From a bacterium (GTDB lineage: Bacteria; Zhuqueibacterota; Zhuqueibacteria; Residuimicrobiales; Krinioviventaceae): a DNA stretch of 64,000 nt. Positions 28,962 through 39,207 of the stretch are shown piece by piece. Position numbers and translations under genes: made by a program. The notes under the pieces were generated by a model. It saw nothing but the letters and a program-made list of their open reading frames with translations. It had not been told where the DNA came from and ran no database searches. The stretch's first letter is position 1. Every line of letters begins with the position of its first letter. Location of the stretch: the NCBI GenBank assembly GCA_963675755.2, contig CAXXMD010000003.1:2432001-2496000 (forward strand), given 5' to 3'.

Positions 28962-29746
28962 CAAAAGTTATTGATACGCATACGCACCTTGATTTTCACC
29001 AGTTTGATGCAGACCGAGACGATGTGATTTATCGTGCAAAAGAAGCTGATGTTGCAGCAATGATTACCATTGGCATTGACCGCAAGACTTCAGAAAAATC
29101 GGTGCAAATTGCGACAGAGAATATAAATGTATTTGCCGCTGTGGGGGTACATCCCCACGATGCGGGTGCTATAAAGGAAGGCGATCTGGAAGTTTTGCGC
29201 GAGCTTGCAGAACACCCCAAGACAGTGGCTATTGGTGAGATTGGTCTCGATTATTATCGCAATCTTACTCCACCGGAAACACAACGCAAAGTGTTGAAAA
29301 CGTTCCTTGAAATGGCAAAAGAACTGGACAAACCCGTCATTATTCATACCCGTGAAGCGGATGATGATATTATTGCTATTCTTAAAGAGTATGGCAAGCA
29401 AAGCTGGCGTGGTGTGTTTCATTGTTTTTCAGGCGATGTGGAAATGGCCAAAAAGGTGATCGATATGGGCTTTCTGGTTTCTTTTACCGGAAATATAACT
29501 TTTAAAAAGTCGACATCAGCCGGAGTAGCAGCCAAACTACCTCTGGAAAAGCTGATGGTTGAAACCGATTGTCCTTTTATGGCGCCGGTACCAAACCGTG
29601 GCAAGCGTAACGAACCGGCTTTTGTGCAATATGTTGCGCAAAAACTCGCGGAATTGCATAACAAGCGTTATGATGAAATTGCACGCATCACAACTGAAAA
29701 TGCAATAAATCTTTTTGGTTTAACGTTAGAGGCAGAAAGGGAATGA
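28958..29746 (+). CDS. tatD: TatD-family nuclease
   Basis: DTHTHL, GVHPH, GEIGLDY, HCFSG, ETDCPF. Confidence 0.93.
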   Translation: MTKVIDTHTHLDFHQFDADRDDVIYRAKEADVAAMITIGIDRKTSEKSVQIATENINVFAAVGVHPHDAGAIKEGDLEVLRELAEHPKTVAIGEIGLDYYRNLTPPETQRKVLKTFLEMAKELDKPVIIHTREADDDIIAILKEYGKQSWRGVFHCFSGDVEMAKKVIDMGFLVSFTGNITFKKSTSAGVAAKLPLEKLMVETDCPFMAPVPNRGKRNEPAFVQYVAQKLAELHNKRYDEIARITTENAINLFGLTLEAERE

Positions 29747-30534
29747 TTCCCCGATCCGAAAAGAAACCAAAACAGAGTTTGGGCCAGAATTTTCTGGTGG
29801 ATGCCAATGTTGCAAACAATATTGTAGATGCTTTCAAGCTTAGCAGTACTGATACAGCTTTGGAGATAGGTCCCGGGCCGGGTGTGTTAACCCAGCGAAT
29901 TTTGACACGTGTTAACAAGCTGATTGCTGTAGAAATAGATGGACCATTAGCTGAGAGTTTAAATCTTCGTTTTGGAGATTTGAGCAGTTTTGAACTGCAC
30001 CATTGTGATTTTTTGAAATTTGATATGGGCCTGATCCCTGAATCTGATATACGGGTGATTGGTAATATTCCATATAATATAACCAGCCCGATTTTTTTCA
30101 AGGTATTGCAAGAACGCGACAAGGTTCGCGATCTTACCATGCTGATTCAAAAAGAAGTTGCCATGCGTATTGTGTCCAAAGCCAATACCAAAGAATATGG
30201 CATTATGGCTGTAATGAGCCAGGCCTATGCGGATGTTGAAATATTGATGCACGTGCCTAAAACTGTTTTTCGTCCGCGGCCAAAAATTGATTCGTCACTT
30301 GTAAGATGGACGTTTCACGATAAATTTGCAAAGGATATTGAAAATCCGGTATTGTTTAATGCTCTTGTGCGTCAGGCATTTGGTCAGCGCCGGAAGATGA
30401 TGCGAAACACATTAAAAGAATATTATGAGCAAGATCCCGAATTGTGGGATTTTACCAAAAGGCCGGAGCAGCTTTCTGTAATCGACTGGATTGAACTGTC
30501 CAACCGGATACATACTATGCAGACTCCACCTTGA
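29743..30534 (+). CDS. rsmA: 16S rRNA m6(2)A dimethyltransferase
   Basis: LGQNFL, LEIGPGPG, GNIPYNIT, F.PRPKIDS, QRRK. Confidence 0.95.
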   Translation: MIPRSEKKPKQSLGQNFLVDANVANNIVDAFKLSSTDTALEIGPGPGVLTQRILTRVNKLIAVEIDGPLAESLNLRFGDLSSFELHHCDFLKFDMGLIPESDIRVIGNIPYNITSPIFFKVLQERDKVRDLTMLIQKEVAMRIVSKANTKEYGIMAVMSQAYADVEILMHVPKTVFRPRPKIDSSLVRWTFHDKFAKDIENPVLFNALVRQAFGQRRKMMRNTLKEYYEQDPELWDFTKRPEQLSVIDWIELSNRIHTMQTPP

Positions 30535-30565
30535 TAAAAGATTAACCCCTAAAGAGGGCTGTGAT

Positions 30566-31927
30566 ATGGAATTGCAAGATCGTATTGAAATCGTCGAGAA
30601 TGTTCGTTACCTGCTTGAAGTGCAGGATGAACCGAAAATTATGAATTTTATCATAGATACCCACCCCGCTGATCTCGCCGACATCATGCGTGAAATGGAC
30701 GATGAAGAACGATTGCAATTATTCAAGTATTTGGAAACAGAAACGGCCTCTGAAGTTCTCCTCGAATTTGATGATGTTACCCGCGAACAAATTGTAAACC
30801 GCCTCGAAACATCCCGACTGTCTGAGATTGTGGATGAAATGGACTCGGACGATGCTACTGACGTTGTGGCCTCTTTGCCTGATGATGTTGCTGAATCTGT
30901 ATTGACCAGCATTGACGGTCAGGACCGTTTTGAAGTTGAAAAACTGCTGGTGCACGAAGAAGATACCGCCGGTGGTATCATGGCGCTGGAGTTTATTGCG
31001 GTTTATGATGACGAGACTGTTCATGACGCGATTCAGGAGATCCGGCAGAAATCCAAAGAAGTTGAAGATGTTTATTATGTGTATGCTATTGATCGCGGCG
31101 GCCGACTTGTTGGAATTGTGCCCCTGAAAAATCTGATCTTGCGGAACCCGAAACGGCTGATCAAAGAAGTAATGGAAACCGATTTTATTTCGGTAACGGT
31201 TGAACGCGACCAGGAAGACGTGGCAAACCTGGTACGAAAATATGACCTGTTATCTGTTCCGGTTGTGGATGCTTATAACCGGTTGGTGGGACGTATCACC
31301 ATTGACGATGTAATGGACGTTGTGCAGGAAGAAGCCAATGAAGATATGCAGCGCATGGCGGGTATCTCGGATGAAGAAGTTTTGCAGGAAACCTCTACCT
31401 TGAGGATTTCCCGTAACCGTCTGCCCTGGTTGTTTATCGCCTTTCTGGGAGAGATGGTTTCCGCTTTTATCATGAGAAGTTTTGGTGCTTCTCTGGAAAA
31501 AATTGTTTGGTTGTCCTTTTTTGTACCGGTGATCATGGCTATGGGCGGGAATACCGGCATTCAATCCTCTACAATTATCATTCGTAGTATTTCTCTTGGA
31601 GAAGGTGGCGCAACCAAATTGTGGAAACGGCTTTGGCGTGAATTGCGTGTTGGGTTTCTGATCGGACTTATTTTTGCCGCTTTGATTTATCTTGTTGTAT
31701 TTATTTGGATGGGTGAACCTATCTTTGGTTTGGTATTGGCCCTGGCCTTGTTATGTGTATTGCTGAATGCATCACTTTTTGGAACAATTATCCCCATTAC
31801 TTTGCACAAGTTGAAATATGATCCTGCTATTGCAACGGGACCTTTTATTACTACCTCGAATGATATTTTGGGATTGCTGATTTATTTTAGTTTGGCTACG
31901 GCCTTTTTCAAATTGTTTGCGAACTAG
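30566..31927 (+). CDS. mgtE: Magnesium transporter MgtE
   Basis: MgtE_N, CBS pair, RLPWL, AMGGNTGIQS, DPAIATGPFITT; GAGGG RBS. Confidence 0.95.
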   Translation: MELQDRIEIVENVRYLLEVQDEPKIMNFIIDTHPADLADIMREMDDEERLQLFKYLETETASEVLLEFDDVTREQIVNRLETSRLSEIVDEMDSDDATDVVASLPDDVAESVLTSIDGQDRFEVEKLLVHEEDTAGGIMALEFIAVYDDETVHDAIQEIRQKSKEVEDVYYVYAIDRGGRLVGIVPLKNLILRNPKRLIKEVMETDFISVTVERDQEDVANLVRKYDLLSVPVVDAYNRLVGRITIDDVMDVVQEEANEDMQRMAGISDEEVLQETSTLRISRNRLPWLFIAFLGEMVSAFIMRSFGASLEKIVWLSFFVPVIMAMGGNTGIQSSTIIIRSISLGEGGATKLWKRLWRELRVGFLIGLIFAALIYLVVFIWMGEPIFGLVLALALLCVLLNASLFGTIIPITLHKLKYDPAIATGPFITTSNDILGLLIYFSLATAFFKLFAN

Positions 31928-31930
31928 ATT

Positions 31931-32704
31931 ATGGCCATTAGTAAAACAGATGCGGTTATTATCCACAGCCGCAAGCAGGGGGAAACCAGCAAAATTCTTA
32001 CAGTATACAGTGAGCAATTTGGTAAAATGCGATTGGTTGCCAAGGGATCGCGAGGTGTCAAATCCAAATATCTCGGAATATTGGAAACCCTGAACCACGT
32101 TACTCTTATTTTTTATCGTAAAGAGAATAGGGATATTCAATACCTCAGCCAGGCGGATGTGGTAGATCGGTTTCCATCTATACATGAACAGTTGGGCAAA
32201 CTTGCATTGGCGGCTATTCCCTGCGAGATCATTGACCGGGCCGAGACCACTGAACATCAAAACCAGCCCTTGTTTCATCTGCTCTTAGATACACTGCATG
32301 CACTCGAACAGGCCAAAACCGGATTAAAAAATATAATCCGTTCATTTTATTTATATTATATTAAAATTTCGGGTTTTGAACCGGAAATATCCTCATGCGC
32401 GCACTGTGGTACAGATACTTTTGATAAAAATTATTTTTTTGAATTGCAGAATGGAAACATTGCATGTGAAGATTGTGCTCTGGTAACGGAAAACAGCGTT
32501 CGGCTCTCGGGCAAGGCGTTGGAAACACTGCAATGGTTGAACCGTGTAGACATGTCTCAGGTGTATGATAAAACTTTACCGGCCCAGATTGGGGTGGAAT
32601 TGGATGATTTGCTGGTTCCGTATCTTCGGTTCCATATAGAGGGAATTCTCAATTTACGCTCACTTGATCACCTGCACCAGTTACAGAGTCATCTTGAAAA
32701 ATAA
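31931..32704 (+). CDS. recO: DNA repair protein RecO
   Basis: GETSKILTVYS..GK...AKG N-terminal OB fold; C..C...C..C zinc finger. Confidence 0.92.
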   Translation: MAISKTDAVIIHSRKQGETSKILTVYSEQFGKMRLVAKGSRGVKSKYLGILETLNHVTLIFYRKENRDIQYLSQADVVDRFPSIHEQLGKLALAAIPCEIIDRAETTEHQNQPLFHLLLDTLHALEQAKTGLKNIIRSFYLYYIKISGFEPEISSCAHCGTDTFDKNYFFELQNGNIACEDCALVTENSVRLSGKALETLQWLNRVDMSQVYDKTLPAQIGVELDDLLVPYLRFHIEGILNLRSLDHLHQLQSHLEK

Positions 32705-32794
32705 ACTTGAATATGTCGTAAATTATTCGTAATTATATATTTTTAAATCCTTTGGATTAATTGTAATGCTGTAAAAATAGATAAGGGTAAAATA

Positions 32795-34120
32795 ATGGCT
32801 AAAACCGAAACCGTTATGGACAAACTGGTGTCTTTGTGTAAAAGACGTGGATTTATATTTCAATCGAGTGATATTTACGGCGGATTGTCTGCCGTGTATG
32901 ATTATGGTCCATTGGGCGTAGAGTTGAAAAACAATATCAAGAAATTCTGGTGGAAATGGATGGTGCAAACCCGCGACAATATCGTAGGTTTGGATGCAGC
33001 AATCTTAATGGCTGCACGTGTTTGGGAAGCTTCTGGCCACGTTGAAGGCTTTACCGATCCGTTAGTGGATTGTAAAAAATGTAAGCACCGTTTCCGTGAA
33101 GATTTGCTTGAAGATGCTTCCGTGTGTCCCGATTGTGGCGGCGAGTTGACCGAATCACGTCAGTTTAACCTCATGTTCAAAACAAATATCGGTCCTGTTG
33201 AAGAAAGCTCAAGCACAATCTTTTTGCGCCCCGAGACCGCTCAGGGTATTTATGTAAACTTTCCCAATGTTGCGGATTCTACCCGTGTGAAAATCCCTTT
33301 TGGTATTGCACAGATTGGTAAAGCGTTCCGTAACGAAATTACGACCGAGAATTTTATTTTCCGTACCCGTGAGTTTGAACAGATGGAAATGCAGTTTTTT
33401 GTTCGCCCCGGTACCGATAAAGAACATTTTGAAAACTGGAAACAGGACCGTATCCGTTATTACGGTGAACTGGGTATCAATCAGGATAAAGTACGCTTTC
33501 ACCAGCATGGTCCCAATGAACTTGCACATTACGCAGCAGACGCGTTCGACATTGAATACGAGTTCCCCTTTGGATGGAAAGAGCTGGAAGGTATCCACAA
33601 CAGAACCGATTTTGACCTGAAACGTCACTCGGAATATACCGGTAAACCTCTGCTCTATACAGATGAAGAGATTAAAGAAAAATATATTCCCTATATTGTA
33701 GAAACTTCTGCCGGTGCAGACCGTACCGTAATGGCTGTACTTTCAGATGCCTTTGAAGAACAACAGTTGGAAAAAGATACCCGTACCGTGATGCATTTTG
33801 CTCCAGAGATTGCGCCTATTAAGGCAGGTATTTTCCCATTAGTGAAAAAAGAAGGCTTGCCCGAGATCGCCCGCAAGATCCAGAATATGCTGAAACCTCA
33901 TTACAATGTGTTCTATGATGAAGGTGGTGCAGTTGGCCGTCGGTATCGCCGTCAGGACGAGATCGGTACACCCTATTGTATTACTGTGGATTTTGATACC
34001 AAAGAAGATGAAGCTGTAACCATACGTGAACGCGATAGTATGGAACAGAGCCGCGTAAAAATCGATGAGCTGCGTAACTGGATGTTTGAGCGCATTGACA
34101 ATCGCGTAAAATACGAATAA
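32795..34120 (+). CDS. glyQS: Glycine--tRNA ligase (alpha2 type)
   Basis: LCKRRGF, YDYGPLG, LRPETAQG, FRTREFEQME, RYRRQDEIGTP. Confidence 0.96.
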   Translation: MAKTETVMDKLVSLCKRRGFIFQSSDIYGGLSAVYDYGPLGVELKNNIKKFWWKWMVQTRDNIVGLDAAILMAARVWEASGHVEGFTDPLVDCKKCKHRFREDLLEDASVCPDCGGELTESRQFNLMFKTNIGPVEESSSTIFLRPETAQGIYVNFPNVADSTRVKIPFGIAQIGKAFRNEITTENFIFRTREFEQMEMQFFVRPGTDKEHFENWKQDRIRYYGELGINQDKVRFHQHGPNELAHYAADAFDIEYEFPFGWKELEGIHNRTDFDLKRHSEYTGKPLLYTDEEIKEKYIPYIVETSAGADRTVMAVLSDAFEEQQLEKDTRTVMHFAPEIAPIKAGIFPLVKKEGLPEIARKIQNMLKPHYNVFYDEGGAVGRRYRRQDEIGTPYCITVDFDTKEDEAVTIRERDSMEQSRVKIDELRNWMFERIDNRVKYE

Positions 34121-34165
34121 TTTGTTAATTATATAGGGCAGAGAAATTTGTCCCTTGAAAATACT

Positions 34166-34202
34166 GCCCACCCAAAGGTTTTATGCTTTGGGTGGGTTTT
34201 TT
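34166..34202 (+). terminator. Intrinsic terminator of glyQS
   Basis: CCCACCCAAAG-loop-CTTTGGGTGGG followed by T6. Confidence 0.85.
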
Positions 34203-34204
34203 AT

Positions 34205-34394
34205 TGTCTGAATTAAGATTTTTAGGATTAAAGGATTGTAGGATTTTGAAAAGGGGAAAGGTTTAATACTCGCTGGTTCCAGGACTCTACCCTGGGGCCA
34301 AAGGCATATAATGTCGAATGTTATATTTTCATATCCATGCCGAGTATGGGTACGAGAAAAGAACGATCGTGACAGAGATGTTCTCTGTCACGAT
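34205..34394. repeat. Mosaic of REP-like modules (GGATT-rich unit; TTCCAGG...CCTGGGG hairpin doublet; ATCGTGACAGAGA palindrome)
   Basis: Perfect 13-bp stem at 34366-34394. Homologous modules occur at 35354-35497 and 63015-63424. Confidence 0.75.
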
Positions 34395-34398
34395 ACAA

Positions 34399-35274
34399 TC
34401 ATTCCTGATTCTCTAATAACGCTCGCATTTCATCAAATTTGATTTTTGTCTCTTCGCTTACCCGCGGATATCGGATACCCATGTTTTTGAGTGTATTGAC
34501 GATTATCTCTGCAACGGTTACGCGCATAAATGGTTTGTCATCAGCGGGGATGGCATACCACGGTGCCCAGGGACGCGATGTTGCGTTCAGTGCATCCTCA
34601 TAAGCCTGCATATATTCCTGCCAGTATCCCCGTTCTTTTATATCACCAGTTGAGAATTTCCAGTTTTTATCCGGTTCATTGAGGCGGTCCAGGAACCGCT
34701 GCCGTTGTTCCTCTTGAGAAACATTGAGCCAGAATTTCAGAATGACGGTTCCGTTTTCGGCCAAATGTTTTTCATGATTCCGAATGGATTCGAACCGCTG
34801 TGGCCATAACTTGTCCGTGTCAATGGGGTAAGGGAGTTTCTGGCCTTTCAGGTATTCGGGATGGACCCGTACAACCAGTACTTCCTCATAATAACTGCGA
34901 TTAAAGATCCCGATGCGTCCCCGTTCCGGCAGGCATTTGCTTGTGCGCCATAAAAAGTCATGGTCCAGTTCTTCTTTGGAGGGTTGTTTAAAAGAGAATA
35001 CCTGGCATCCGGCGGGATTCACCCCGCTCATAACTGTACGGATTGTGCTGTCTTTGCCGGCTGCATCCATTGCCTGAAAGACCAGCAGCAATGCGTATTG
35101 ATCGTGTGCGTACAGGGTGTGCTGTAACTCGTAAAGTTCTTTGACAAGAGATTTTAATCGTTTTTTGTTGGCTTTTTTATTGTGATGCTCTTTTGTGGGA
35201 TGAGTTGGTGCCTGACTTACCGTAAATGTATTGTCAAAGGGGACAAGAAACGGGTGCTCTGTTATATGTTTCAT
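34399..35274 (-). CDS. ppk2: Polyphosphate kinase 2 family protein (class III-like)
   Basis: FQAMDAAGKD, SFKQPS, IFNRSYYEEV, KNWKFS, APWYAIPADDK. Confidence 0.92.
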   Translation of the reverse strand: MKHITEHPFLVPFDNTFTVSQAPTHPTKEHHNKKANKKRLKSLVKELYELQHTLYAHDQYALLLVFQAMDAAGKDSTIRTVMSGVNPAGCQVFSFKQPSKEELDHDFLWRTSKCLPERGRIGIFNRSYYEEVLVVRVHPEYLKGQKLPYPIDTDKLWPQRFESIRNHEKHLAENGTVILKFWLNVSQEEQRQRFLDRLNEPDKNWKFSTGDIKERGYWQEYMQAYEDALNATSRPWAPWYAIPADDKPFMRVTVAEIIVNTLKNMGIRYPRVSEETKIKFDEMRALLENQE

Positions 35275-35353
35275 GGTATATATCCGTATTTTATTTAACA
35301 ATGAATGTTTTTAGAATTAAACGGATTTCAATAAAAAAGCAAAGGATTTATTT

Positions 35354-35497
35354 ACCTTGATTAGAGGATTATAGGATTACCCTGATGTATTATAGTGGCC
35401 GACTAAAGACCTGCTCGATTCCAAACTTTTGTTTGGAGATACGAATAAATGATGAAACTAGAAAACGATCGTGACAGAGATCATCTCTGTCACGATC
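35354..35497. repeat. Mosaic of REP-like modules, same order as 34205-34394
   Basis: AGGATTACCCTGAT; TCCAAAC-TTTT-GTTTGGA; perfect 14-bp stem GATCGTGACAGAGA-TCA-TCTCTGTCACGATC. Confidence 0.8.
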
Positions 35498-35534
35498 AGG
35501 ATTGAATTTTTATCCGGTACGAGGTTGCATTATA

Positions 35535-36890
35535 TTATTTCACCGTCACGACTACACGCTGATAGCGGATCAGCTCGGGATTGCCGTTGTCTGTGACTTC
35601 GCAGATAATGTGGATTGTTTGTCCGGTTTTCGCATCGCCGGGTACTGAGATTTCTGTGCTCCATGCATCGGCATGGGGTATGCTTACCACACCCGGGTAT
35701 GTACCGGGATCCCGATACTGCCACCAATTACAAGTTAATTCGTCATTGTCCGGATCCGTTGCGGATGCACTCAACTTGAGGGTTTCTCCCGGAGCGGCAG
35801 TCAAGTCCGCACTGTGTTCCAATTCAACAACAGGGGGATGGTTGGCCTCGTCATAGCTTTTTACGCACCAGTCCGCGCGCGCGGCCCAGTCGTTTTGATA
35901 CGCTTTAGACCAGCGCCAGATGGGTTTGTACAGATCACCATCATCTTTGGCGCCCTGCCATACATCATGCGTGCCCGGTTCCTTTTCAAATCGGCCGCCC
36001 CAGCCGCCATATGTAGGATCTTCCATGCTGCGCAGTCCGGTTTCAATGCTGTACATGAATGATGGTGAATCACCCTCGGAGCGGAAAATATCCATGCCCA
36101 GATTGTGTTTATTCCAGGTGCCGTCATAGGCCTCGTATCGTGCACACAGAGGGCCATTGCCATCAAGGATGTTGGTTTTTATCCATTCTTCACGGTAATA
36201 GTATTGTATGTCCTCCGGGAATTTCTGGTACCAGCGATAGGCTAAAGCTTCATATTGTTTAAAGCTGCCCAAAACTTTGAGATGGGGCCAATTGGGCTGA
36301 ATATAGTCCCGAAAAGTGCGGTCTTGATCTAATATAATATAAAGGATTGCCTTTTTAGATACCTTTTCCATTTGATCAGGGTACTCGTGTTGTATTTTCC
36401 ACAGGGCTCGGGCAATAGTGTTGGTGCCACCCCAGGCCTGCAGATAGACTGGTCTGGGATCATCATCCAGCAATACTTTGACAATGTGGTCAGAACCGGG
36501 AGTATCATGTTCCATGGCACCTACCGAGTCGATATTGCCAATATAGATTTTGCTTCTCAGATGTTTAGGCGTTGGAAAATCAGGCGAGTTTTGTTTCAGA
36601 TTTTCATAACACTGTGCGTACAAATCAATATCCCGATAAAGCCAGGTTTCTCCGGCCCATCTATAGCCTTTCCAGTGGAATTTAGAGCTGGAGTAAATCA
36701 GGCCTTCAACATCCCACTGGTCCGCATACAACAGAAACCGCACCATAGAGCAGCGGTCATCCACTTCACCATCTGTTGTTGCAATAACGCGGGGTTTGGT
36801 TTTTATTTCAGATTTCAAATCTATAGGGGTATTGCAGAAAAACAAGGGGAGAGATATTATTATTATACTCAGGAATAATGTTATTTTCAT
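35535..36890 (-). CDS. DUF1593 (nucleoside-hydrolase-like) exported protein with C-terminal Ig-like domain
   Basis: PRVIATTDGEVDDRCSMVRFLLY, WGGTNT, SEGDSPSF, YGGWGGR, AARADWC...ANHPP. Confidence 0.85.
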   Translation of the reverse strand: MKITLFLSIIIISLPLFFCNTPIDLKSEIKTKPRVIATTDGEVDDRCSMVRFLLYADQWDVEGLIYSSSKFHWKGYRWAGETWLYRDIDLYAQCYENLKQNSPDFPTPKHLRSKIYIGNIDSVGAMEHDTPGSDHIVKVLLDDDPRPVYLQAWGGTNTIARALWKIQHEYPDQMEKVSKKAILYIILDQDRTFRDYIQPNWPHLKVLGSFKQYEALAYRWYQKFPEDIQYYYREEWIKTNILDGNGPLCARYEAYDGTWNKHNLGMDIFRSEGDSPSFMYSIETGLRSMEDPTYGGWGGRFEKEPGTHDVWQGAKDDGDLYKPIWRWSKAYQNDWAARADWCVKSYDEANHPPVVELEHSADLTAAPGETLKLSASATDPDNDELTCNWWQYRDPGTYPGVVSIPHADAWSTEISVPGDAKTGQTIHIICEVTDNGNPELIRYQRVVVTVK

Positions 36891-37034
36891 GTTTCCCTCA
36901 ACGACTATTAAAACCAGACTTGGATTTTTTCAAGAATACTGTGATCAAGTATATCAATATTCGTTGGAAATTGCAATATTTTTCTGGCATCTTTTAACTT
37001 AAACGTTTACATTAAATCGAGGAGGAAAAGCGAT

Positions 37035-39197
37035 ATGAAAAGATTGTATATGGTTCTATTGTTTGTTCTGTCTTGTGTTATTCATTTACTTGCACAGGAA
37101 AATTTGAATGTACTTAAAGGTCATGAAGAGGAACTGGGAATTTCGGAATACATGATCTATGATTTTTTCATCCGTCAGGCGGATGATTACCGTGAAGCAT
37201 CCCTGCAAAAAAAATCCACATACCATACTCCGGAACAATGGCGCGAATATCAACACTATGTTCGGAAGAATTTCACAAAAGCCATTGGTGAGTTTCCGGA
37301 AAGAACACCCCTGAATGTAAAAAATGTGGGTACCCTTGAACGGAATGGCTATCGCATCGAAAAGATCATTTTCGAGAGCCGTCCACAATTTTATGTCACT
37401 GCAAATGTTTATATCCCTACCAATCTTGCAGGCACCTTACCGGCAATCGTATCGGTTGATGGTCACGGTGCAGCCGGTAAAGTCGGCGGCGGTCAGGAGA
37501 AATTTGTCAATCTGGTTAAAAAGGGATTTATTGTGCTTGCCTATGATCCGGTAGGGCAGGGCGAGCGCAGTGAGTATGTGGATCCTGAAACCGGCCAAGA
37601 TCTCTATCGTCGGGGAACACAGCAGCATTGCCAGGCGGGTAACGTATGTTTTTTAACCGGTACAAACCTGGCTCAATATCGGGCGTGGGACGGAATCCGG
37701 GCTATTGATTATTTGTTAACCCGGCCGGATGTAGACCCGGAAAGAATAGGGATTACCGGATGTTCCGGTGGCGGTACCATTACCACATTTATTACCACGC
37801 TGGATGACAGATTAAAAGCATCAGTCCCTGCATGTTATATTACACGATTACGTGACCGCATGTGCCGCGATGGTGAGATCAGCCATGACGCGGAACAGAG
37901 TCCTGCAGGTATTCTCAAAAAGGGAATCGATATTGCGGATCTGCTGATGCCCATGGCACCACGTCCTTTGATGATCTGTGCAACCCAGCAGGATTTTTTC
38001 CCGTTCAGGGGAGCACTCGCAAATTATAATGAATTGCAACTCATGTATGCGGATTTTAACAGTATGGAGAAATTTACCCTGGCCCAGGCGGATGCCGGTC
38101 ATGGTTATGCTCCGCATGGGCTGCGCGCTTTGTACGCGTTTATGGACCGCTGGCTGGGCGGCAATGATACAGACTGGCGTGAAGTCAAGATTGACCGGGA
38201 ACCGGATTCGCTGCTCTATTGTACCCAAACCGGTGCTGTTGCAACCAGCCTGGGTGGTGAAACCGTATGGTCTATAAATCGTCAGCTGGCAAAAGAGGTT
38301 AAACATTCACCTGCTATACCCCAAAATAAATCCGGATTTGCAGCGTATCGTAATGGATTGGTTAAAGATATACAAACGATTTTAGATCTACCTCAAATCA
38401 ACAAAGCTCCGGTTGTCAAGACTTTTGGTCAATTTACCGAAAAGGGTATAGATGTTGAAAAAATAGCCGTGCAAATTGAAAAAGATATCTGGGTACCGGG
38501 ATTGTTTTACAAGAAACAAGGTGTTACCCAGGGTAATGCGTTGATGATGGTGCACGAGTATGGTAAAACACAACTGCATGATTTAGCTATGGGAAAAGCT
38601 GCCGAGGGCAAGATTGTTTTTACCATCGATCCCCGGGGTGTTGGCGAAACCATGGATTCCTACTGGAAACGCGGTGTGGATACCGGCTATTATGAATGGT
38701 CTCGCGATGAAACCAGCTTTACCTACAGCTCGTTTCTGTTGGGACGCCCAATGCTGGGACTGCGGGTTCTGGATGTCTTGACCGCTGCAAATTATTTAAA
38801 CTCCCGCTCTGAAGTCAAGGGAGAGTTTGCTTTGTACGGAAAAGGTCATGCCGGTTTGATTGCATTGTTTGCAGGCGCTTTGGATGACCGATTTACAAAG
38901 GTTGTTTGCGAGAATGCGTTGATTTCTTATGACTCTATTATTAACGACAAGCATTATGCGGTGCATTTGAACAATTTTTTGCCGGATGTGATCAGACATT
39001 TTGATTTGCCGGATGTGGCGGCAATTACTGCTCCACGGGAATTGTACCTGATAAATCCGGTTGATTCGCAATTAAAAGTGATGAGCAAAAAGGATGCGGA
39101 AAAATGCTGCAAGACGAGCTCATCCGTTTACAAGCTGACCGGTAATGAAAAGAAATTAACAATTGATAATAATGAACAAATTCAAAAAATATTATAG
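37035..39197 (+). CDS. Secreted two-domain alpha/beta hydrolase (acetylxylan esterase-like)
   Basis: GGAGG RBS, signal peptide, YRIEK..FESRP, IGITGCSGGG nucleophile elbow, second degenerate hydrolase domain. Confidence 0.8.
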   Translation: MKRLYMVLLFVLSCVIHLLAQENLNVLKGHEEELGISEYMIYDFFIRQADDYREASLQKKSTYHTPEQWREYQHYVRKNFTKAIGEFPERTPLNVKNVGTLERNGYRIEKIIFESRPQFYVTANVYIPTNLAGTLPAIVSVDGHGAAGKVGGGQEKFVNLVKKGFIVLAYDPVGQGERSEYVDPETGQDLYRRGTQQHCQAGNVCFLTGTNLAQYRAWDGIRAIDYLLTRPDVDPERIGITGCSGGGTITTFITTLDDRLKASVPACYITRLRDRMCRDGEISHDAEQSPAGILKKGIDIADLLMPMAPRPLMICATQQDFFPFRGALANYNELQLMYADFNSMEKFTLAQADAGHGYAPHGLRALYAFMDRWLGGNDTDWREVKIDREPDSLLYCTQTGAVATSLGGETVWSINRQLAKEVKHSPAIPQNKSGFAAYRNGLVKDIQTILDLPQINKAPVVKTFGQFTEKGIDVEKIAVQIEKDIWVPGLFYKKQGVTQGNALMMVHEYGKTQLHDLAMGKAAEGKIVFTIDPRGVGETMDSYWKRGVDTGYYEWSRDETSFTYSSFLLGRPMLGLRVLDVLTAANYLNSRSEVKGEFALYGKGHAGLIALFAGALDDRFTKVVCENALISYDSIINDKHYAVHLNNFLPDVIRHFDLPDVAAITAPRELYLINPVDSQLKVMSKKDAEKCCKTSSSVYKLTGNEKKLTIDNNEQIQKIL

Positions 39198-39207
39198 AGG
39201 TTGTACT

